DNA of 39,410 nt from an uncultured Pseudomonadales bacterium (GTDB lineage Bacteria; Patescibacteriota; Microgenomatia; UBA1400; MFAQ01): assembly GCA_964541175.1 (NCBI GenBank), contig CAZIPD010000004.1:1-39410 (forward strand), written 5' to 3'. Below are positions 33,289 to 39,410 of the stretch, one piece after another (positions within the stretch are counted from its first letter, which is position 1; every line of letters starts with the position of its first letter). The position numbers were made by a program, and so were the translations under genes. The notes beneath the pieces are model-generated. The model saw nothing but the letters and a program-made list of their open reading frames with translations, did no database searches and was not told where the DNA came from.

Positions 33289-33313
33289 GAGGGAAGTTGG
33301 GGAAGAAGACAAT

Positions 33314-33340
33314 AAAAAAGACCCCGCTATGGGGTCTTTA
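33314..33340 (-). terminator. Intrinsic terminator after the glyQS-lipoprotein operon
   Basis: AAAGACCCC-AUAGC-GGGGUCUUU: a 9-bp stem with further U residues following on the minus strand. Confidence 0.75.
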
Positions 33341-33360
33341 AATATTCGGGTTTTTTTCTC

Positions 33361-34188
33361 TTATTTATAGAGAATGATGGGTCCAATGAGATAGAGATTG
33401 AGATTTTCTTGAGATCCTTTTTGATCGTCTCTAATAATAGTTACCTGCTTTTGCCAGGGTTTTTCATTGAGGGCGACGGTAAGCGTGTTCTCTTTGGCAG
33501 TAAATTTCAGGGGTTTGAAACCGGTACCGTCGAAGATCGCCATTTCGGTAACACCCGACTGATTGATGGTGAGATTACCGGAGACAGCTTTATTGCCGAC
33601 CGAGGAAATGACGATGGGGTAAAGGGCAATTTCCTTTTCGACCGGTGTGGGTAGTCCAAGCGAGTTAACAAGAATGAGATTGTCTTTGGCATTGGCTTTT
33701 GAAGGGGCGAAGATAACTTTACCGTCGGGAAGATTGTTTTGTCCGAGGACAAAGGTGAAGTCACCTTTGAGAACATGAACTACGGTTTCCCCTTCGAAAT
33801 CGAGTCTGAATTTCATGGTGCCGGACTTGAGGTTGGTATCGAAAGTACACTTGCCACCGGTAGAACAACTACCAAGAATGATGGCTTTGACGAAGGGGTT
33901 GGGAATGGGAGTATCGAGCGTGGCCCTAGCACCCTTGAGAAGGTCTCCCGATTGGTATTCCAGGTCAAGTGTACCTGCCTTGGCTTTGTTGGCGTTCTGG
34001 GTGTAAAAGGTAAACACACGGTTGCTTTCGTGAGGTACCAGGACGGTGAATGGTCTGTCTTTGAATGGTAGCTCGTTAACCAGGATCTTGACGTTTGACG
34101 GAGTCTGTTTCGCGGTGTCGGCTTTTTTTGAGCAGCCGCCTAGTATCAGGGCAAAAATAAGGAGAGGGAGAATTGTTTTTATCTTCAT
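33361..34188 (-). CDS. Lipoprotein of unknown function
   Basis: The internal ATG at 34188 gives MKIKTILPLLIFALILGGC (lipobox LGGC). The longer ORF (to 34374) would overlap glyQS by 176 nt. Confidence 0.7.
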   Translation of the reverse strand: MKIKTILPLLIFALILGGCSKKADTAKQTPSNVKILVNELPFKDRPFTVLVPHESNRVFTFYTQNANKAKAGTLDLEYQSGDLLKGARATLDTPIPNPFVKAIILGSCSTGGKCTFDTNLKSGTMKFRLDFEGETVVHVLKGDFTFVLGQNNLPDGKVIFAPSKANAKDNLILVNSLGLPTPVEKEIALYPIVISSVGNKAVSGNLTINQSGVTEMAIFDGTGFKPLKFTAKENTLTVALNEKPWQKQVTIIRDDQKGSQENLNLYLIGPIILYK

Positions 34189-34198
34189 ATGGATAAAT

Positions 34199-35566
34199 TT
34201 AATATTGAAGGTACTCAAAAAGCTTGTCAAGGGAAACCCTTTCCTGAACGGTGGTGTCCCTATCCCTGACGGTAACTGTGTTGTCTTCCAGAGTTTGGAA
34301 ATCAACGGTAATACAGTAAGGGGTACCGATCTCGTCTTGGGCAAAATATCGTTTACCGATATTTCCTCGGTCATCCCATTCGACTTCGATTTTTCCGGCG
34401 AGGAGGGAGAGGACTTCTCTGGCTTTTGAGGTAAGCTCTTCCTTGTTACCCAGAAGGGGGAAGACCGCGGCTTTGACGGGAGATAGGGCTTTGGGGAATT
34501 TCATTACTACTCTCCCCTTCTCCTTATCCTCGGAATATGAGTTCATCAGAATAATGGTAAGAAGTCGGGAAAGACCGAAGGTGGGTTCGACAACGTGGGG
34601 AATGAATTTTTCTTGAGTATACGGATCGGTGTAGCGGAGGTCGACCCCGGATTTATCCATGTGATTTTTAAGATCGAAGTCGGTCCTGCAGGCGAGACCC
34701 CACATTTCTTTGAAACCCCAGGGGAATTCAAACTCGAGGTCTTCGGTTCTCTTGGAGTAATGTGCGAGTTCTGCTTGGCTGTGCGATCTCCAGCGGAGTT
34801 TATCTTCCGGAAGTCCAACCATGAGGGCGAATTTGTACATCTCACCTTTCCAGTAATCAAACCAGCGTTCCCATTCTTCGGGTTTGACGAAGTATTCGAA
34901 TTCCGCCAGGTCAAACTCGAGAGTACGGAAAGTAAATTTGCCCATGGTGATCTCGTTACGGAAGGCTTTTCCGCTTTGAGCAATACCGAAGGGGAGGCGG
35001 GGGTGGATGCTATCCAAGACCTGCTTGAAGTCGACGAACATGCCTTGGGCAAGTTCTCCTCTAAGGTAGGCGGTGTTTTTTTCGGAGGTGATGATACCTA
35101 CCTGGGTCTCAAAAAGCTGATTAAAGGCTCTGGTCTTGGTCCAGGAAATTTGACCACACTTGGGACACTTGATCTTATTTTCGGCTACAAGTTTGTCCAA
35201 CTCTTCTGTCGGTTTACCTTCGACATTGCCAACACCCTCAACGTTATCTTCAATGAGGTGGTCGGTTCTGGTGCGGTAGTGACAGTTGGTACAGTCGATC
35301 ATGAAGTTGGTGAAACTTTGGGTGTGACCCGAGGCTTCCCATACGCTGGGGCTCATGAGAATACTGGCGTCGAGTCCGTAGTTTTCGGGATGTTTGCCAA
35401 CGAATTCTTTCCACCAGAGATTGGAGAGATTGCGTTTTAGGGCTGTGCCTCTTGGACCGTAGTCGTAGGTATTGGCAAGCCCACCGTATATTTCGGATCC
35501 GGGGAAAACAAAACCGCGTCGTTTGCATAGAGAGATCACTTTGTCGAGCAATTGTGGATTAGCCAT
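34199..35566 (-). CDS. glyQS: Glycyl-tRNA synthetase, dimeric alpha2 (GlyQS) type
   Basis: CKRRGFVFPGSEIYGGLANTYDYGPRGTALKRNLSNLWWKEFV, class II motifs, and a C-terminal anticodon-binding domain. Confidence 0.95.
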   Translation of the reverse strand: MANPQLLDKVISLCKRRGFVFPGSEIYGGLANTYDYGPRGTALKRNLSNLWWKEFVGKHPENYGLDASILMSPSVWEASGHTQSFTNFMIDCTNCHYRTRTDHLIEDNVEGVGNVEGKPTEELDKLVAENKIKCPKCGQISWTKTRAFNQLFETQVGIITSEKNTAYLRGELAQGMFVDFKQVLDSIHPRLPFGIAQSGKAFRNEITMGKFTFRTLEFDLAEFEYFVKPEEWERWFDYWKGEMYKFALMVGLPEDKLRWRSHSQAELAHYSKRTEDLEFEFPWGFKEMWGLACRTDFDLKNHMDKSGVDLRYTDPYTQEKFIPHVVEPTFGLSRLLTIILMNSYSEDKEKGRVVMKFPKALSPVKAAVFPLLGNKEELTSKAREVLSLLAGKIEVEWDDRGNIGKRYFAQDEIGTPYCITVDFQTLEDNTVTVRDRDTTVQERVSLDKLFEYLQY

Positions 35567-35580
35567 GGTCTTATTTTAGC

Positions 35581-36120
35581 TTATTTTAAGCCGCGGCTAA
35601 CTATTTTCCGATTGATGAGATTTTCGAAATAGATGGAGAGCGTTGAAGACTCGACAACCTTGGGTTGAGGATATCCGAGATGACGGAGAATGTAGAGGGA
35701 ATATTCATTGGTGATGCGGGCGATCTCATCGTGTTGTGTTTGTTTATCAAGTGAGGAGTAGAAATTCGACAGAGAGAGGAAGGACTCTCTATCCTCTTCC
35801 TCCTGAGGAAGCATCGAGGTGAGGATCTCGGCTATGGAAAGGGCGATACGGACTTTTTCCAAACTTGATTTTAGCTGAGGAAAATATTCTTCGGTATCCG
35901 CTTGAATGATCTGTTGTGGAGAGTTCCCCCGTCCGGCTTGAAATTTTATTTTGTTAAAAAGATCGAGGTGGGGAGCTTTTTTGGAATTCAGACGTCTGGC
36001 ACCGCGGGCGACGAATTCCTGATATCCATGATTATGAGAGAGAATGCCGACCAGCTTATCCGCTTCGGCAAAATCCACCGATTTAATAACAATGCCAATA
36101 TCGGAAAATGCCTGCCTCAT
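35581..36120 (-). CDS. recO: RecO-like recombination mediator, short form without Zn finger
   Basis: N-terminal OB-fold pattern GIVIKSVDFAEADKLVGILSHNHGYQEFVARGARRLNSK. The protein is 179 aa and contains no cysteine. Confidence 0.6.
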   Translation of the reverse strand: MRQAFSDIGIVIKSVDFAEADKLVGILSHNHGYQEFVARGARRLNSKKAPHLDLFNKIKFQAGRGNSPQQIIQADTEEYFPQLKSSLEKVRIALSIAEILTSMLPQEEEDRESFLSLSNFYSSLDKQTQHDEIARITNEYSLYILRHLGYPQPKVVESSTLSIYFENLINRKIVSRGLK

Positions 36121-36122
36121 TT

Positions 36123-38033
36123 TTATTGATTCAGAATTACCTCTTTGTCGGAGTTGAGGTCGACCAAGGTTTGGACACCATTAAGAAGGATCGTGTGTTT
36201 GATGGTGGGTAAACCCGGTTGTTTCTGGATCAACATTTTGTAAGTTGTTAGATCAAGTTGAGGTAGCTCGTATTTGAAGACGATCTTACTGGTGGATTGA
36301 GGTCTCATGGTAAAAAAGGCTTCGATGACGGTCTTTCCCAGTTCTTCCGAGACCAGCTCTTTGACTTCCGAGCCGACAACCGAGATGAGGGTGCTGCCTT
36401 TGGGTACAAAAAGACGCACCCAGTCTCTGTAAGCACCGTTGAGACAGAGCTGTCCGGCTTCCAAATTACAGTTACTACCTTTATGAGGATTGTTGTAGTT
36501 TAGAGTGACTGTCTTCGTCACTTTGCCGTTTGCCATTTCAATTTCCTGTTCAACATCACGGGTAATGAACATGTCTGTCTTGGCTCCGCCGAAGTTACTG
36601 TCGTTGACGTGAAGATAGTCGTAGGCGTATTCCTGAATCCTACCGGCGGCGTTAAAGTCTTCGGCCGATTTTTGGGTGATCGGGTCGTAGAAGTAGAAAA
36701 GAAGATGCTTTTCTTTGATCGAGTTAAGAACTACGTTAACCAGTGACGGCCAAGTGTGTTTGGGACTGCCCATGGCGTTGGCCATCATGGAGTGCATGAG
36801 AGGACCAAGGACGGCTTTGCGGCCAACCTTGATGGTATTGGTCGGACGGTCGGCAATTTCTTCGAGGGCGTAAACAACTTGAGGACAGTCACAGCGAGGG
36901 TCGATCTGCGGGCCGAAGTTTCCCCAACCACCGACACCAATGGGTCCGATGATCTTGAGGATCTCCACCGGGAAAGAGGTGTCTATGGCAACGATGGCAT
37001 CGGGCTTGGGAACTCCGGGGATGTTTTGATAGAGCTTGACGAATTCGTCCATGGAGACCTTGAAGTCGGGTGAGATGTTGACGTTGCGAATGTTAAGAGT
37101 TTTTTCGTTAAGATATTTCTGAATGGCGGGGGGAGCGGTGACCCTTTTATTCAAACGGGCATCGAGATCGTAGATGTCGTATGAGCCGAGGGGTTCGATC
37201 TTACCCTTGGTGACCCTTAAGAAGGCGTAGGCGGTGATGAAACCTCCGGTAGGACGGAGTTCGGCATCATTTTGGAAAAGCACCATATAAAGTTTGGGGT
37301 TGGGGTTTCCCAAAAGATCAGGGAGAAGTTTGATCAGGGGTTTTGCCTGAGTGAGGAGTTGAGACGATTCGGAGACGGTGGTTTTCAGGGAAACAATTTT
37401 TCCTCTGACTTGTTTACCCATTAAAGTTTCCGGGTATCGGGAAGGGTCGATCTTGTCGAGTTCTTTTTGAGCGGTCTCAACATCAATGGCCACCTTATCC
37501 AGGTCGGGGGAAATTTTATCCAGAGTAGCGGCCATGAAAACAATTCGGTCTTCTATGGATTGGGGGGCTTTCGGAGCTCCCGAAGGAGTGGCGAGTTCGA
37601 GACTGGTCTTAAATCCAAGAAGGTCGGCGTACGGTTCGACTGAGTTTATTAGGGTGTCGAGTGACTTGGTGAGCGATCTGGCGGCGGTGATGGCGGCTTT
37701 ACCGTCCTTGGTATATGCGCCAAGAAAAGGAATGGCTCCGGTCCACATGACTTTGCCATATTGTTTATCGAGATCATCAATCTGGGCTCCCAAGGTCTTG
37801 GCTTTATCCTTGGCTCCGGCAAGATCCTGATTTTGGAAGTCTGCTGCTAAACTTGACCCTGTTACTTGGAGGGCATTGAGGGTGGGGATGAACGATCGGG
37901 CGGTGAAGTATGCGTAGGCGCTGATCAATAGGAGTAGTCCGAGGATGACCCCGATGGGGATGAGGATGCGCATGAGTGTACGTTTGTTCACAGATATTTT
38001 CATTTTGGAAAAGAATTCTTTAAGTTTTACCAC
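36123..38033 (-). CDS. DUF4012 domain-containing membrane-anchored protein
   Basis: N-terminal TM helix. The hallmark DUF4012 motif is MVLFQNDAELRPTGGFITAYAF. Confidence 0.8.
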   Translation of the reverse strand: MVKLKEFFSKMKISVNKRTLMRILIPIGVILGLLLLISAYAYFTARSFIPTLNALQVTGSSLAADFQNQDLAGAKDKAKTLGAQIDDLDKQYGKVMWTGAIPFLGAYTKDGKAAITAARSLTKSLDTLINSVEPYADLLGFKTSLELATPSGAPKAPQSIEDRIVFMAATLDKISPDLDKVAIDVETAQKELDKIDPSRYPETLMGKQVRGKIVSLKTTVSESSQLLTQAKPLIKLLPDLLGNPNPKLYMVLFQNDAELRPTGGFITAYAFLRVTKGKIEPLGSYDIYDLDARLNKRVTAPPAIQKYLNEKTLNIRNVNISPDFKVSMDEFVKLYQNIPGVPKPDAIVAIDTSFPVEILKIIGPIGVGGWGNFGPQIDPRCDCPQVVYALEEIADRPTNTIKVGRKAVLGPLMHSMMANAMGSPKHTWPSLVNVVLNSIKEKHLLFYFYDPITQKSAEDFNAAGRIQEYAYDYLHVNDSNFGGAKTDMFITRDVEQEIEMANGKVTKTVTLNYNNPHKGSNCNLEAGQLCLNGAYRDWVRLFVPKGSTLISVVGSEVKELVSEELGKTVIEAFFTMRPQSTSKIVFKYELPQLDLTTYKMLIQKQPGLPTIKHTILLNGVQTLVDLNSDKEVILNQ

Positions 38034-38677
38034 TTACTTATCATAGCAAATGGAGTTTTGAGAATGATGTACAAGTCGTACAAAAGAGATCGTCTTTGGG
38101 CATAGTCGGCGTCTATGGCGACCCTTTGGTCCCAAGGAATGGTATTTCTTCCCGATACTTGCCAAGGTCCGGTAAGCCCCGGGTTGACCGTCAGACTTTC
38201 TTTTATGAGAGGTTGAATTTTCTTGCCGTAACGTTTGACGGCATCTTCCAACTCAGGTTTTACATAGGCGCGGGGACCAACGAGACTCATATCCCCGAGC
38301 AGAATATTGAGTACTTGGGGCATTTCGTCGATACTTGTTTGGCGGAGGATCCTGCCCAGCTTGGTGATGCGGGGATCTTCGTCAAGTTCGAGTTTCCAGC
38401 CGGCTTTTTTGTATTTCTCGTACAAAGCCGGGTTGGCTTTCCAAAATTCGACGGCGTGAACTTCCTTGCCGTTGATCTCGAACATTTTCATCGAGCGGAA
38501 TTTGAACATACGGAATATCTTGCCGTTCTTCCCCACTCTATCCGGCCTGTAAAAAATAGGCCCTTTGGAATCGAGCTTGACCAGGATGGGAATGATGATC
38601 CAAATGGGCAAAAAAATTACCCCCATGGCAAGAGCCGCTAGGACATCAATGACTCTTTTTAGGAGGTCGTAAAGCAT
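38027..38677 (-). CDS. Polyprenyl-phosphate sugar-phosphate transferase (bacterial sugar transferase, WbaP/EpsL-like small form)
   Basis: LKRVIDVLAALAMGVIFLPIW, GPIFYRPDRVGKNGKIFRMFKFRSM and DEMPQVLNILLGDMSLVGPR. Confidence 0.9.
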   Translation of the reverse strand: MLYDLLKRVIDVLAALAMGVIFLPIWIIIPILVKLDSKGPIFYRPDRVGKNGKIFRMFKFRSMKMFEINGKEVHAVEFWKANPALYEKYKKAGWKLELDEDPRITKLGRILRQTSIDEMPQVLNILLGDMSLVGPRAYVKPELEDAVKRYGKKIQPLIKESLTVNPGLTGPWQVSGRNTIPWDQRVAIDADYAQRRSLLYDLYIILKTPFAMISKW

Positions 38678-38691
38678 AGGCTTAGTTAATA

Positions 38692-38720
38692 ATATTCTAT
38701 AAACCCAGGATATTCTATCC
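38692..38720. repeat. Direct repeat ATATTCTAT x2 (18-bp period), the second copy inside the perfect 13-bp palindrome GGATATTCTATCC: candidate operator
   Basis: Copies at 38692-38700 and 38710-38718. The palindrome is at 38708-38720. The site lies in a divergent intergenic region. Confidence 0.35.
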
Positions 38721-38753
38721 CACCCGGAAGATATTTACCTGAAGGAGGGGGTT

Positions 38754-38761
38754 TGTATAAT
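38754..38761 (+). promoter_or_regulatory. Candidate extended -10 promoter (TGTATAAT) for manC
   Basis: GGGGGTTTGTATAATAGAC lies 35 nt upstream of the ATG at 38797. Confidence 0.35.
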
Positions 38762-38796
38762 AGACAGACCCAATCAGTTAATCATCTGGGGCAGAT

Positions 38797-39410
38797 ATGA
38801 TACCAGTAATAATTTGTGGAGGTGTGGGAACGAAAATGTGGCCATTGAGCTCCCCTGAGATGCCGAAGCATTTCCTGCCGTTAGTGGGGGGAAAGTCTTT
38901 GTTCGAGATCAACTGGGAACTATTGAGAGAAAAATACAAAGCCGACGAGATCTATTTACAAACAAATGCCCAACAGGCAGAGATCGCCAGAGGGTTGGTA
39001 CCGGAGATAAAGTTGAAAAATATTTTTATCGAACCGGAGGTGAGGAATCAAGGTCCGGCTACCGGATTGGCTGCCGCTTTGTTGAAAAAACTGGGTAAGG
39101 GTAGTGAACCGTTCTTTCTGGTCCAGGTAGATGATCTAAGAGTCCCAGGGTCAGGATTATTTAGGATGATGAAGGTGGCGGAGAGACTGGGAAAGGAAAC
39201 CGATAAATACATTACCGGCGGTTTTGTTCCGGACAGAGCAGTCCTGGGAGTCGATTATTTACTTAAAGGTGATCTGGTTTTGGAAGAGAACGGAGTCAAG
39301 GTCTTCAGCGTCGCCGACTATATAGACAGAAGCGAGGAAACACGGATCAGAGAGTTGATGGACTCGGGAAGGTTATTGGTCCACGCCAACCATACGACCA
39401 TGACCCCGGA
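38797..39410 (+). CDS. manC: Mannose-1-phosphate guanylyltransferase-like nucleotidyltransferase (3' end cut by window edge)
   Basis: MIPVIICGGVGTKMWPLSSPEMPKHFLPLVGGKSLFE is the NTP-transferase G-loop. The frame is open to the end of the window. This ORF is absent from the ORF track because it has no stop codon. Confidence 0.85.
   Translation, partial: MIPVIICGGVGTKMWPLSSPEMPKHFLPLVGGKSLFEINWELLREKYKADEIYLQTNAQQAEIARGLVPEIKLKNIFIEPEVRNQGPATGLAAALLKKLGKGSEPFFLVQVDDLRVPGSGLFRMMKVAERLGKETDKYITGGFVPDRAVLGVDYLLKGDLVLEENGVKVFSVADYIDRSEETRIRELMDSGRLLVHANHTTMTP

Noticed and set aside
34189-34374. N-terminal extension of ORF 33361-34374 (62 extra residues), and the equivalent extensions at 3292-3402, 18885-18944 and 22505-22543.
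   Set aside because: The extensions overlap neighbouring genes or lie inside mapped promoter elements. Internal ATGs give canonical lipoprotein, Sec or Tat signals, or have a consensus SD, so the shorter forms were annotated.
34595-35440. Long antisense ORFs opposite well-supported genes: 281 aa opposite glyQS, 181 aa at 38096-38641 opposite the sugar transferase, 164 aa at 23198-23692 opposite ftsZ, 146 aa at 27775-28215 opposite ftsW, and 134 aa at 21385-21789 opposite dinB.
   Set aside because: Their translations are low-complexity and carry no motifs. They sit entirely inside genes with strong family signatures on the other strand. They are typical shadow ORFs that arise from codon bias.
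1-39410. Alternative genetic code (UGA recoding, as in some candidate phyla), CRISPR arrays, DGR template/variable repeat pairs, and toxin-antitoxin or known defence genes.
   Set aside because: All conserved genes are intact under the standard code, and some use TGA stops. No spaced direct-repeat arrays, reverse transcriptase, nuclease/helicase defence signatures or long duplicated segments were noticed by eye. A computational repeat search was not possible.

Overview
The window is a gene-dense stretch (about 90% coding, standard genetic code) from a small bacterial genome. Its content looks CPR/Patescibacteria-like: very short or overlapping gene junctions, DUF4012, a eukaryote-like type IleRS and dispersed mur genes. 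That lineage call is inference only. All calls come from motif recognition in the supplied ORF translations and from reading the DNA by eye. No homology, covariance-model or folding search was run.

Layout, left to right:
- 1-5.5 kb: a low-GC surface-glycan block with a radical SAM gene, two GT4 genes and a secreted LamG + LCAT-like lipase. It ends at tRNA-Val(CAC).
- lepB.
- 6.2-12.7 kb, minus strand: a tightly coupled ileS-rodA-rplU-methyltransferase-rpmA-parB unit, preceded by a T-box leader.
- A DUF2723-like GT-C membrane protein and a truncated DUF35 ORF.
- A VanW / ABC exporter / lipoprotein operon, divergent from a Tat-exported CE4 deacetylase.
- A cupin-TspO pair.
- A small ORF coupled to a Y-family polymerase.
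- 22.2-33.3 kb: a reduced dcw cluster, mraZ-rsmH-ftsL-ftsI-dgkA-mraY-ftsW-murG-ftsQ-ftsA-ftsZ, followed by a Flp/TadE-like protein and a small partner.
- A sugar transferase-DUF4012-recO-glyQS-lipoprotein operon.
- The 5' part of manC.

No CRISPR array, transposase, integrase or recognisable defence system was seen.

Most noteworthy observations:
- A compact Ile T-box whose terminator abuts the ileS start codon.
- An orphan promoter / SD / 29-codon ORF / terminator unit.
- The Flp-like two-gene module appended to ftsZ.
- The small ORF coupled to dinB.
- The secreted LCAT-like lipase.
- Phased AAGTGGTGA repeats in the mraZ promoter.
- Several apparently leaderless genes.
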